64,000 nt of DNA from Candidatus Poribacteria bacterium (lineage in GTDB: Bacteria; Poribacteria; WGA-4E; JAJDTR01): the NCBI GenBank assembly GCA_965222225.1, contig CBDCTK010000002.1:1664001-1728000 (forward strand). Direction: 5' to 3'. Within the stretch, counting starts at the first letter, position 1, and every line of letters begins with the position of its first letter. The notes under the pieces were generated by a model. It made no database searches, was not told the DNA's origin, and saw only the letters and a program-made list of their open reading frames with translations. The position numbers were made by a program, and so were the translations under genes. This document shows positions 8,116 to 17,896 of the stretch, in pieces.

Positions 8116-9180
8116 ATGCGAAAACGAGAAAGAACCAACCCCTTCCTCGCGTTACTAATCGTCCTCGTCGTCTGCGCCCCGGACGCCCCCGCCGAGTGGG
8201 AACACATCGCCGACAAAGAGCAGACGGGACACATATACAGGCTTGAAAGCGATGGCCGGCGGCTCTACGCCACCAGCAAGGAGTATGGCGTCTCCAAATC
8301 CCTCGATAACGGTTACACCTGGCGTCGAACCCCACTCAAGCACAGTGGGGAACTTGCAATCAGCGACGACGCCGTATATGTGGGCACCTGGCGACACGGC
8401 TTGTTCCGCTCAGACGATCACGCCAACACCTGGACAGCCAAAAACAACGGCATGCCCGCATATAAAGTGACCGAACGCACCCCATCCGAAACCTATCCAG
8501 ACATTTGGGACATACATATTACAAACTCCGGTACCGTCATCGTTGCGAGGTACCAACTCGGCACGTATATATCCAACAACCGAGGGGAGACATGGCACGA
8601 CGTATCAGACAAATGGTATTGCCACCACGACAAATTAGGGGCATTGGAAGTCGCCAGTAGCCTCGTGTCAATGACCGAATTCGACGGCTATCTTTGGGTT
8701 GCCCAGAACCAGGGCGCTAACCTGTTTCGTTCCCCTGATAACGGGAAAACGTGGGAATGGATTCCCAACGGCATACCCGGCGTTCTATTCGAGTACGGCG
8801 ACCCAAACGACTGGGCAGTGCTTGACGATCGATTGTACATCGCCGGCGACAGAGACGGAAAAGGCATTGGAAGATGGAACGAAGCGGGGCTCATTTGGGA
8901 CAATCTAAGTGACGGGCTCCCGCGACAGCCGATATCTAGCCTGGCCGTTTACCGGAGGCGTCTCTTTGCCGGAGTTACTAAGCACGGTGTGTTCATGTTC
9001 AATCAGCGATCCGAGACGTGGAGTTACGCCGGTCTGTTCGGCTTAACCCCTACCGCGCTCGTATCCCATCAATCCGCCCTTTACGCCGGAACGTACGAAG
9101 GCATCTACCGTGGTTCCATCCCAATCATCCAGCGCTACGGCAAACTCGCCGTCACGTGGGGCGCCGTTAAAACAGAATGA
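8116..9180 (+). CDS. Secreted Asp-box beta-propeller protein, paralogue 4
   Basis: SLDNGYTW/SNNRGETW/SPDNGKTW; GKLAVTWGAVK tail; start codon uncertain (8017 or 8116). Confidence 0.8.
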   Translation: MRKRERTNPFLALLIVLVVCAPDAPAEWEHIADKEQTGHIYRLESDGRRLYATSKEYGVSKSLDNGYTWRRTPLKHSGELAISDDAVYVGTWRHGLFRSDDHANTWTAKNNGMPAYKVTERTPSETYPDIWDIHITNSGTVIVARYQLGTYISNNRGETWHDVSDKWYCHHDKLGALEVASSLVSMTEFDGYLWVAQNQGANLFRSPDNGKTWEWIPNGIPGVLFEYGDPNDWAVLDDRLYIAGDRDGKGIGRWNEAGLIWDNLSDGLPRQPISSLAVYRRRLFAGVTKHGVFMFNQRSETWSYAGLFGLTPTALVSHQSALYAGTYEGIYRGSIPIIQRYGKLAVTWGAVKTE

Positions 9181-9288
9181 AAACCCTAACCCTTATCGTC
9201 ATTATCCTCATCAGTGGCGCCCTAGACGCCCGAGCCGAGTGGGAATACAACCCCAGCAGGGAGGAAATGGGAACAATATACACACTAA
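9177..9288 (+). pseudogene. Truncated N-terminus of beta-propeller paralogue 5
   Basis: ATGA overlap; signal peptide + ARAEWE...IYTL matches paralogue starts, then runs into antisense of the next gene. Confidence 0.65.
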
Positions 9289-9521
9289 CACAGAGCACCC
9301 CGTGTACCGAGAATATTTGCGCACCATCTACGACATCCGGCGATCTCCTTCTTATTTTCCGTCACATCCCGCCGGATTTCATCAACCTCCCGCGCCAACT
9401 CCTTATAGTTTCCCATAGTCTCCTCTTTGATGTTGGCAATCTACGCCCGTATCCCCGAACTTAACGCAGCGAACTTCTTGTCGATTTTATGGATTGCCTC
9501 AAGAATTTCCTTGCCTTCCAT
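9285..9521 (-). pseudogene. Two short coiled-coil gene fragments (9441-9521 MEGKEILEAIHKIDKK; 9285-9416 MGNYKELAREVDEIRR), possibly XhlA-like
   Basis: First starts by TAATG overlap, second has GAGGAG RBS; weak similarity to 7027-7317. Confidence 0.4.
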
Positions 9522-9901
9522 TACGCAAACATCACCACCCCGCTCCGAGCATCATCATAGCCAAGACCGCGAACCACGACCCCGTCAGTTTGAGGCTCAA
9601 AGGTGAGCAAGTCGAGCCTCCCACCGTCGTCCGATAAAACACAGTTATAGGCGTGGCGAGCACTGACATCAATAACGATACCGATGCCGTTAATGTCCCA
9701 GCGCTGCGCCACATCGCCTGCCAAGCAGACCGCGAAGTTGTCGTAATCGCAATGCTCCGATATATAATGCTCGAGGTCTACCAGATAGTAAGCGAGGATC
9801 TGCTCCCACACCTTCCGCGACAACCCCTGGAACCGAGAATCCAATGCCCACAGCCCCAGATTGCGCAGCGCAGAGAACTGGTGCGCCCGGCCGTAAAACA
9901 A
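9521..9901 (-). CDS. MOA/agglutinin C-terminal-like papain-fold protein, probably inactive or decaying
   Basis: Y.SE..DyDNFA ... HAYN ... FEPQ motifs; expected DCDxF cysteine is Tyr; start uncertain. Confidence 0.55.
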   Translation of the reverse strand: MFYGRAHQFSALRNLGLWALDSRFQGLSRKVWEQILAYYLVDLEHYISEHCDYDNFAVCLAGDVAQRWDINGIGIVIDVSARHAYNCVLSDDGGRLDLLTFEPQTDGVVVRGLGYDDARSGVVMFA

Positions 9902-9926
9902 CGTGCCTACACAGACCTTATTATGG

Positions 9927-10187
9927 CTAGGGCACCGTACATATGTCCTCAGCCTCGGATCTTATAGTTGTCGTACCCTGCACTTTGACTAGAGTGTAGG
10001 CGCGTACCCTATACCTGTCGCCCGATTGCCCCCTGATGTCAACCGACCGACGAGTATTCCAACCCTTATCAGACTCCATGTCGTCGGAGTCGTACCAACC
10101 GGCATTTTCGATAGTAACGTCACCAGCATTCCAATCGTCGGCGTTTGGCAGAGTGTCGTGTTCAACGTCATTCGTCCAGCCTCTGAC
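9927..10187 (-). pseudogene. 5'-truncated third copy of family X (not in ORF track)
   Basis: ...[38 protein letters not shown] resembles MDYTGQDGKIYLLECYTAL...IEARETDDTVL. Confidence 0.5.
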
Positions 10188-10251
10188 TCAGCATCCTCAA
10201 ATCCTATCTCACATACCCTTAAAAAGTAAACCATTTGGAGCACACTTAGCC

Positions 10252-10965
10252 ATGTCCACAAACTCCTCAATAGAATGGACCGAAACCACTTGGAATCCGG
10301 TGACCGGCTGTACGAAGATAAGTCACGGTTGCAAATTCTGCTACGCCGAGCGAATGTCCAAGAGGCTTCGAGCCATGGGAGTTGACAAGTACAGAGACGG
10401 GTTTTCAATCACCGTACACGAATCCGCCCTCAAAAATCCACTGAAGTGGCGTAAACCGCGCGTAGTTTTTGTCAATTCCATGTCCGATCTCTTCCATAAG
10501 TCGGTGCCGACGGCGTTCATTGAATCCGTTTTCGAGATTATGAATAGGGCACCTCAACACACGTTTCAGGTACTCACCAAGCGGCCGAGTCGAGTTGCCC
10601 AAATAGACGGGAGATTGAATTGGACGCCGAACATCTGGCTGGGTACAAGCATCGAATCCGAAAAGTGGCTTGGGCGGTTGGAACCGCTCAAGGAAACTGG
10701 CGCCCAGATAAAGTTTTTGTCGATCGAACCGCTGCTCGGGCCATTGCCGGAGATACAGTTGCGAGGAATCGACTGGGTAATTGTCGGCGGTGAATCCGGG
10801 CCTGGCGCAAGGCCAATGCAACCTGACTGGGTGAGAGAGATTCGCGACAACTGTCTTCAGCATGGTGTCCCCTTCTTCTTCAAGCAGTGGGGCGGCGTAT
10901 TCAAGAAGAGAACGGGTAGGACGTTGGATGACGAAATATGGGATCAGATGCCGCAGCGGAAATGA
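10252..10965 (+). CDS. DUF5131 / phage Gp37-Gp68 family protein
   Basis: [60 protein letters not shown]. Confidence 0.9.
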   Translation: MSTNSSIEWTETTWNPVTGCTKISHGCKFCYAERMSKRLRAMGVDKYRDGFSITVHESALKNPLKWRKPRVVFVNSMSDLFHKSVPTAFIESVFEIMNRAPQHTFQVLTKRPSRVAQIDGRLNWTPNIWLGTSIESEKWLGRLEPLKETGAQIKFLSIEPLLGPLPEIQLRGIDWVIVGGESGPGARPMQPDWVREIRDNCLQHGVPFFFKQWGGVFKKRTGRTLDDEIWDQMPQRK

Positions 10966-11069
10966 GCGAGATGAACCAGAACCACATCTCCCGCCTCAAA
11001 CGGCATCATGATTGACAGACGTAAAATATGAAAATGGATAGAATGTTATAAATTGGAGGCACAAACACA

Positions 11070-11261
11070 ATGAAACCTAAAATGACGATGCTCTACTGGA
11101 AATCGGACAAATTTTGGCTAGGAAAGCTCCTTGAACACCCCGAAATAATGACGCAGGGCGAGACCATTGAGGAATTGGAAGAAAATATAAAAGACGCCTA
11201 TCTTCTCATGGCTATGGACGATGTGCCGGAAGAGTATGAGACGAAAGAAATTGCAATATGA
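11070..11261 (+). CDS. hicB: HicB-family antitoxin (short form)
   Basis: MTQGETIEELEENIKDA motif; GGAGG RBS. Confidence 0.8.
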   Translation: MKPKMTMLYWKSDKFWLGKLLEHPEIMTQGETIEELEENIKDAYLLMAMDDVPEEYETKEIAI

Positions 11262-11380
11262 AGCGAAGACAGTTTGTTCGCCAACTCTTGAATGAGGGTG
11301 GAGTTATGCTGAGACATGGTGCAAGACACGACATTTATCTAAACCCTGAGACAGGACTCAGGCAACCCGTTCTAAGTTGA
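11258..11380 (+). pseudogene. hicA: Truncated HicA toxin (40 aa)
   Basis: MKRRQFVRQL...LRHGARHDIYLNP...RQPV then stop where PRH.EI is expected; ATGA overlap with hicB. Confidence 0.7.
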
Positions 11381-11458
11381 CTGTGCAATTGCTTCTTTGG
11401 TCATTTAACGCTGTGAAAAAAGCATGAAACGACTAGCAATTTTCTGGAAAGATGTCTT

Positions 11459-14284
11459 ATGGAACAGAAGTCAATCGATCGCTTAATCGTCAATTCCCCC
11501 TATGAGGAACCGGCGAGGCACTGGACCTATAACCGTGAACGCCGTACCTTCTCGCTCTCGGAGGGACGCCGTCCGGCTGGGTATGTCGTCGCATCCGAAG
11601 GTTCGCGAGCGTTCGATGATCCGGGTCATTTTGTTGAAATCCCTCTCGTTAACCAAATTCGCTCGCGCGTCAAAGCTTGGCGTGACTTCGGGTATCCGGG
11701 CGTCACTGGAATAACGAAACGCTTGCTTGAGCACTGGAATTCGCCAAAGGAGTTTGACGACCGGCCGTTCTTCTTCTGCCAACTGGAAGCCGCCGAGACG
11801 TTGATCTGGCTCGCCGAATCACCCGCCTCCGAAAAGGTCGGGGTGGAAATCCCATCCGATGGCGGAGGATTCCGGCGCTTATGTGCGAAGATGGCAACAG
11901 GTTCGGGGAAGACCGTCGTCATGGGGATGGTGATTGCTTGGCAGATTCTGAACAAGGTTACCAATCCTCAAGATTCTCGGTTCGCCCGAAATGTCTTGGT
12001 GATCGCACCTGGACTCACGGTCAAAAGCAGATTGGCAGTGCTGCAGCCTTCACACCCCGAAAACTATTACCAAGAGTTCGATGTTGTCCCGTCCTCCTTA
12101 CGCGATAAGCTACATCAAGGAAGGGTATTGGTGCGAAACTGGCACGCCCTCAACTGGGAAACCGAGGATAGAATCGCCAAGAAACGCAGCGTGGACAAAC
12201 GAGGTGTCAAAAGTGACGAAGCCTATGTCCGCGAGGTTCTCGGTGAAATGGCAAATACCCGGAACTTGCTGGTCATTAACGACGAAGCGCATCACGCCTG
12301 GCGTGTTGCAGTTGAATCAAAAGTCAGGGGTGTGACGAGGGATCAAATTGATGAGGCGACCAAATGGGTCGGCGGTTTGGATCGTGTCAATAAGGCAAGA
12401 GGCGTTCTTGCTTGCTACGATTTCTCTGCTACTCCCTTCACGCCATCGGGAAAACGGAGTTCGGAGGAGGCATTATTCGGCTGGATTGTGAGCGACTTCG
12501 GATTAAACGACGCTATTGAGTCTGGATTGGTTAAGACGCCGCGCGTTGTTATTCGTGACGATGCCGTCCCCGACGCCGAAACCTACAAATCCCGTCTCTA
12601 CCATATCTACAACGACTCTGAGGTCAAAGACGACCTGAACCGCAAAGCAAGACCCGAGGAACCGTTGCCAGATTTGGTCATGAACGGCTACTACCTACTC
12701 GGCTATGATTGGCGGGAAACCGCGAGGAATTGGGCGAATCGACAGAATAGCACCCCACCGGTGATGATTACCGTCGCTAACCGCACCGAGACAGCGGCGC
12801 GCGTCAAATATGCGTTTGACCATAGCAAGGTGCACATCCCAGAACTCTGCAATCGGGATCGAACACTTCACATCGATTCCAGGGTGCTAAGCACTGCCGA
12901 AGCTGCCGAGGAGCCGATTGCCATGATCTGGGGCGGCGAGGACGAGGCGGATGACGATCACGCGTCTAAACTAACAAAGAAGCAGCAAGCCGAGTTGCTT
13001 CGCCTGAAAGTCGACACTGTAGGTCGGCTAAACAGAGAGGGTGAGAAGATACAGAACGTCATCTCGGTTGGGATGCTTTCGGAGGGCTGGGACGCGAAGA
13101 CCGTGACTCACATCATGGGCTTACGCGCCTTTACCAGCCAACTCCTGTGTGAGCAGGTGGTTGGTCGAGGCCTGCGTCGCACCTCCTACGAAACGAAGAA
13201 ACAAACCGACCCTTCAACCGGGAAAACGATTGAACTCTTTGAGCCCGAGTACGTTAACATCTTCGGCGTTCCCTTCGCGTTTTTGCCGCATGAGTCTGTC
13301 GACGATGTCATTCCCATCCCGCCGCAGCCTAAAACGGCCATTGAGCCGGTAGCAGACAAAGCAAAATTTGAAATCTCTTGGCCCAACGTCATCCGCATAG
13401 ACCACCTTTACCGCCCACGCCTAACGCTTGACCCGCAACGCCTGAAACCGCTCGAACTTGACGCCACTCAGACTGCCCAGATTGCAGAACTTGCACCGAT
13501 TGTTGAAGGCAAGCCGGATATAACGAAGATTCAGGCGATAGATTTAGAGAAGCTGGCACGTGAATTTCGCACACAGCGAATAATCTTTGAGACCGCCCGG
13601 GACGTATATGAACAAATGCACGGCGATTGGCGTGGCAGCAAAGAGTTTCTTCTCGCTCAGCTTGTTCGGCTCGTGGAGCAGTTTATCCGTTCAGACTCAA
13701 TCAGTATCAAACCGGTTTTATTCCTTCAGGACGACCTCAAGCGGCGTCTCATTATCACGCTTAACATGACCGGAGTGGTTCGGCATATCTGGGAGGCAAT
13801 CCGCTTTGAGAATACGGAGAAGCTTGAGCCTGTGTTTGACCGAGATCTGCCAATTCGTGCAACGAGCGATATGGGTATCTGGTATACCGGTAAGCCGTGC
13901 GAATACACGGTGCGAAGTCATATTAACTTCTGTGTATACGATAGTACCTGGGAAGCAACGGAAGCCTTTCAACTGGACAATAATCCCCAAGTAGAAGCTT
14001 GGGCAAAGAACGATCATCTCGGATTTGAAGTGTTCTATATCCACAACGGCGTAGTTCGGAAGTACCGTCCCGACTTTCTCATCCGTCTCAGTTCAGGTGA
14101 TACGTTGGTGTTGGAAACGAAAGGCCGTGAAAGAGATCGGGATAGAACCAAACGTAGATTTCTCAAGGAATGGATTCAGGCGGTCAACGCGCATGGCGGG
14201 TTCGGACGCTGGACTTGTGACGTGTCAAGGGCTCCAAGCGATGTCTTGGATATCCTCACACGGCATTCACAAGAAAAACAGTGA
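11459..14284 (+). CDS. Type III restriction enzyme Res subunit-like helicase/nuclease
   Basis: KMATGSGKT, DEAHH, SATP, LSEGWDA, QVVGRGLRR, C-terminal YRPDF...LETKG. Confidence 0.88.
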   Translation: MEQKSIDRLIVNSPYEEPARHWTYNRERRTFSLSEGRRPAGYVVASEGSRAFDDPGHFVEIPLVNQIRSRVKAWRDFGYPGVTGITKRLLEHWNSPKEFDDRPFFFCQLEAAETLIWLAESPASEKVGVEIPSDGGGFRRLCAKMATGSGKTVVMGMVIAWQILNKVTNPQDSRFARNVLVIAPGLTVKSRLAVLQPSHPENYYQEFDVVPSSLRDKLHQGRVLVRNWHALNWETEDRIAKKRSVDKRGVKSDEAYVREVLGEMANTRNLLVINDEAHHAWRVAVESKVRGVTRDQIDEATKWVGGLDRVNKARGVLACYDFSATPFTPSGKRSSEEALFGWIVSDFGLNDAIESGLVKTPRVVIRDDAVPDAETYKSRLYHIYNDSEVKDDLNRKARPEEPLPDLVMNGYYLLGYDWRETARNWANRQNSTPPVMITVANRTETAARVKYAFDHSKVHIPELCNRDRTLHIDSRVLSTAEAAEEPIAMIWGGEDEADDDHASKLTKKQQAELLRLKVDTVGRLNREGEKIQNVISVGMLSEGWDAKTVTHIMGLRAFTSQLLCEQVVGRGLRRTSYETKKQTDPSTGKTIELFEPEYVNIFGVPFAFLPHESVDDVIPIPPQPKTAIEPVADKAKFEISWPNVIRIDHLYRPRLTLDPQRLKPLELDATQTAQIAELAPIVEGKPDITKIQAIDLEKLAREFRTQRIIFETARDVYEQMHGDWRGSKEFLLAQLVRLVEQFIRSDSISIKPVLFLQDDLKRRLIITLNMTGVVRHIWEAIRFENTEKLEPVFDRDLPIRATSDMGIWYTGKPCEYTVRSHINFCVYDSTWEATEAFQLDNNPQVEAWAKNDHLGFEVFYIHNGVVRKYRPDFLIRLSSGDTLVLETKGRERDRDRTKRRFLKEWIQAVNAHGGFGRWTCDVSRAPSDVLDILTRHSQEKQ

Positions 14285-14309
14285 TAAGTCTGGCATAGGG
14301 AAGAATGAC

Positions 14310-15530
14310 TCAGAAATACGCTCGGAATGAGGAAAAGATGACGCTGGGATAACTGCCAAACTCCGATTGAAATTCGGGGGTTTCACTATTCTCAAGGGGC
14401 TTACCGATGCTGAGAAAACCGCCTGCGGAGAGGTAGATATCCTCCGCGATGTTATACTCAACTTGAGGTCCAAACCAGATTGACAAATCGGATAGGTTGA
14501 ACAACATCTGAGCATTTGAGGAAATTAGAGGGGTTAGTTGATAGGAAAATCCGGGGGCAAGATAGTGGATGCCCATTAGATAAACGCTACCTTGGGTGTA
14601 GGCTGGCTGGTTTAAATTGGCGAGGTAATTCTCGGGAGCCTTCGCGCCGACGCCGTTGAAATGATATTCGATGAATCCGTAAGTCTTTTCCCCAAAGCTA
14701 TAATCCAAACCGGTAGAGACACGCAGATAGTTGTTCGCCGTATCGCTATCCTGGCCAAACGATTCGACAAATACGTAAGCCGCCTCAAGCCAAAATCCCG
14801 CCCCACCAATCCCGCGAGCTATATCCAAGCCTGCCAACAGATGTTTCTGAAATCCCACCAATAAAATTGAAAAGTCGGTTTCCACGGCATTTAACTGACT
14901 CCGTAGAAACAAGGCGCTCTTTTCAGAATCGAAACCCTCCCCGAAGATGTAGCCGGTATCCCACTCTCCCATGGCGCCGATCGGAATACGGACTCGAACC
15001 GCATCTACCCCGATACGGTCTTCCGTATCCAGCTGATTGTAGGTGAAAGGAGCGACAACATCGGTTGGGTTCACAATCCGAGCGCTGCCCCAGGCAATTG
15101 CGTCTCGACCAACAGAGATGTCCGCGAAATCCGTACTGAACTCTACAAAAGCTCGATCGAGATTATGATAGATCCCAACGCTGCCGGTTGGATCGCCTTT
15201 GTCTGGATAGATTGGGGAGTCAAGATCTACGACGCGATACTGGCGCGAGGCAATGGAAACAGCTATCGGAGACTGAGAAAAGAGGGAGGGATCTTGAACT
15301 CGCGGCGTAAAGTCGTAGGAGAAGGTAAATGATACCGGAGCTGCCGGCGCGTAGGACAGATTGAGACGGCATCGGTTGACCACCGCGCCCATCATCGGTT
15401 CGTTTTGGAGCGGCGAATCGAAGATTGTGAAAAAGTTCTTGTAGTAGCCTCCGATTTGTAATTCCGCATCGGCGATTTCCACGCGCGGAATTGCCGTCAG
15501 ACAGATAATAAGTGCGAGGATTGCTTTCAT
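14310..15530 (-). CDS. Predicted outer-membrane beta-barrel protein associated with the ABC cluster
   Basis: Signal peptide, GRDAIAWG..NPTD motif, C-terminal AYF. Confidence 0.65.
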   Translation of the reverse strand: MKAILALIICLTAIPRVEIADAELQIGGYYKNFFTIFDSPLQNEPMMGAVVNRCRLNLSYAPAAPVSFTFSYDFTPRVQDPSLFSQSPIAVSIASRQYRVVDLDSPIYPDKGDPTGSVGIYHNLDRAFVEFSTDFADISVGRDAIAWGSARIVNPTDVVAPFTYNQLDTEDRIGVDAVRVRIPIGAMGEWDTGYIFGEGFDSEKSALFLRSQLNAVETDFSILLVGFQKHLLAGLDIARGIGGAGFWLEAAYVFVESFGQDSDTANNYLRVSTGLDYSFGEKTYGFIEYHFNGVGAKAPENYLANLNQPAYTQGSVYLMGIHYLAPGFSYQLTPLISSNAQMLFNLSDLSIWFGPQVEYNIAEDIYLSAGGFLSIGKPLENSETPEFQSEFGSYPSVIFSSFRAYF

Positions 15531-15765
15531 TTGTGAATTGGTCAACGACACGGCTTGCGTGCAACGTGAAAAAACCAAAATCCGGACGTGCAATGAATTG
15601 CACTACTACGAACCCAAGAACGTAATGCGTGATAGACGATGCTTTTATATGTGTTCATCTGTGCTCCTCCTTCCAACCTTCCATCCTTCCCCTCTTCCAT
15701 CCTCACGCATTACGCATTGAAGGCGACTGGTGTGGGGGGGCTCCCTACAGGAATGACTGCCCCGG

Positions 15766-16467
15766 TTATTTCATCTCGTCAGTGTCTATTTGCCCGTCGC
15801 GGAGTGTAATCAAACGTCGCGCACTTTCCTTAACCATCGGATCGTGGGTCGAGAAGATGAAAGTCATGCCTGTCTCCACATTGAGACGATTCATTATGGC
15901 AAGCAGGTCGGCGCCGGTTTTCGAGTCCAGGTTCGCGGTCGGCTCATCGGCAAGAATTATGGCAGGCTTGGAGACCATCGCTCGCGCGATGGCGACGCGC
16001 TGCTGCTGCCCGCCTGAGAGTTGGGTCGGATTCCGATTGGCAAGCCCCTTCAGCCCAACCGATTCAAGCATTGATGTGACCCGCTCGTGACGCTCGGCTT
16101 TTGATACTCCTTGCAAGAGCATAATGTATTCGATGTTTTCTTCAACCGTAAGCACGGGAATCAGATTGTAGGCTTGAAAAATGAAACCAATGTTATCACG
16201 CCGAAAATCGGAGAGTTCATTTCCGCTCATGTCAGATAGCACTTTGCCGGCGAGCCACACTTTCCCTTCCGTCGGGTTATCCAAGCCAGAAATAATGTTG
16301 AGAAAGGTCGTTTTGCCCGAGCCAGAGGGGCCCATCAACGCGGTGAATTCTCCCGATCGAATGGTTAAATCAATTCCGCCAAGAGCGTTAACGGGAATCC
16401 CATCAGCCGCATAAACTTTTGTTACGCCTTCCGTGACGATGACATCGTTTTTTTCAGCCTGTTTCAT
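15766..16467 (-). CDS. ABC transporter ATP-binding protein (LolD/MacB-like)
   Basis: GPSGSGKT, LSGGQQQR, LADEPTANLD, THD. Confidence 0.92.
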   Translation of the reverse strand: MKQAEKNDVIVTEGVTKVYAADGIPVNALGGIDLTIRSGEFTALMGPSGSGKTTFLNIISGLDNPTEGKVWLAGKVLSDMSGNELSDFRRDNIGFIFQAYNLIPVLTVEENIEYIMLLQGVSKAERHERVTSMLESVGLKGLANRNPTQLSGGQQQRVAIARAMVSKPAIILADEPTANLDSKTGADLLAIMNRLNVETGMTFIFSTHDPMVKESARRLITLRDGQIDTDEMK

Positions 16468-16639
16468 AATAGGTACATAGCGGCAGTGGTTAGTGGTCAG
16501 TAGCTAATAGCAAGCGAGGCTTGACCGCATCTCCTCCCGTCTAGCTTTTCTCCATTGCAACGTTCCTGTTTTCCTGTCTTCCAGCCTTCCTATCTTCCAA
16601 GGCTGGTGCGCAGTGCGCACCCTACATGGGTATGAGTTT

Positions 16640-17869
16640 CTAGAAGCTACGCCGCATGGCGTCTACCGGAGTCATTTTGGCTACGTACCGGGCGGGATAC
16701 AGCCCCGCAATAATAGTGAAAACGAAGATCCATATGGGATAAAGGATGAACTGTCGAACCGCCATAATCGGGTGGATTAACTCCTGCATCGTCACGCCCA
16801 TCATTTCAATGCCGGTATAATCAATACCACGATGCACAAATATTGCAGTCACGAGCCAGCCGAGTGTCGCACCCAAACCGATACTCACAATAGCCAATGC
16901 ACCCGCCTCAAATAGAATGACTTGCGCCATGCGTAAAGGACGAGTCCCAACGGCACGCAGCACACCGAACTCAAACATGCGTTCATACAGCGACATGAAA
17001 AGCGTGTTGACAATTCCGAAGACAACCACACCAAACAACACAATCCCCATGATGTATTTGCTAGTTTGAGACATCTTTAGGATTGCTTCCAATTGCGGCA
17101 AAATCTCAGTCCAGCTTAAAGCTTCGTTGCCGTGTTGGGAATATGCGCCCCAAAACGGCAACGCCGAATCCTGTGCGTATGCGAGCGAGGTAAATTTAAG
17201 CGCGATTTCATGGACACCGTTGCCAATAGCGAGCATCTGTTGTGCTTTATCAATACGAACAAACACCATCCCCCTGTTCATCTCTTCATCGGCAAAGTGA
17301 TAAATGCCGGAAATTCTAAACATCTCTTGGGAGATCTCTCCGCTCTTAGCTTGCGCCACTGTCACGACTACTCTGTGACCAAGACCAACCTCCAAGACTT
17401 CGGCGAGTTTTGTACCAATTACCATATCGCGGCTATTGTCCCCTTCAAAATAAGCACCTTCCGTAATCGCATCATCAACCTTTGACAAGAATTTCTCTGT
17501 GGGAGGATAAACCCCGACGAGATTGATTGCATTAACGTTTGCCGGGGAAGTGATCATCCCGGGGGCGAGCGTCCTTTGCGTGAAATGCCCCACAATGGGT
17601 TCTTCAGCAAGATTCGCAGTCAACTCGTCAAGCGCTCGAATTATCAGCGAGACCTCTCGCTCGCCTCGAAAACCTTCTCGATGAATCTGTGCATCGCCGA
17701 GGAAGGAGGCGGTGGCAGTCTTGATCATGTTCTGTTCCATCCCCATCCAGAACGCATCAACAAAAATCAGGGCGGCCAAGCCGATTCCCATCGCCGTGGA
17801 AGCGATAATCGTGCGCCGTTTGTTGCGAAAGATGTTTTTCCAAGCAAGTTTTGTTAGAATTAGCCACAT
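16640..17869 (-). CDS. ABC permease, FtsX/LolC-E family
   Basis: AWKNIFRNKRRT, ERMFEFGVLRAVG, 4-TM layout. Confidence 0.88.
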   Translation of the reverse strand: MWLILTKLAWKNIFRNKRRTIIASTAMGIGLAALIFVDAFWMGMEQNMIKTATASFLGDAQIHREGFRGEREVSLIIRALDELTANLAEEPIVGHFTQRTLAPGMITSPANVNAINLVGVYPPTEKFLSKVDDAITEGAYFEGDNSRDMVIGTKLAEVLEVGLGHRVVVTVAQAKSGEISQEMFRISGIYHFADEEMNRGMVFVRIDKAQQMLAIGNGVHEIALKFTSLAYAQDSALPFWGAYSQHGNEALSWTEILPQLEAILKMSQTSKYIMGIVLFGVVVFGIVNTLFMSLYERMFEFGVLRAVGTRPLRMAQVILFEAGALAIVSIGLGATLGWLVTAIFVHRGIDYTGIEMMGVTMQELIHPIMAVRQFILYPIWIFVFTIIAGLYPARYVAKMTPVDAMRRSF

Positions 17870-17896
17870 GTTATGAATCGTCTGTTGAACTCTAAT

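Noticed and set aside
989-9288. Diversity-generating retroelement acting on the propellers
   Set aside because: No reverse transcriptase and no template/variable repeat pair with adenine-specific differences was seen.
1-11000. Intact prophage
   Set aside because: Only DUF5131 and holin-like genes hint at phage; no integrase, terminase, capsid or tail gene is recognisable.
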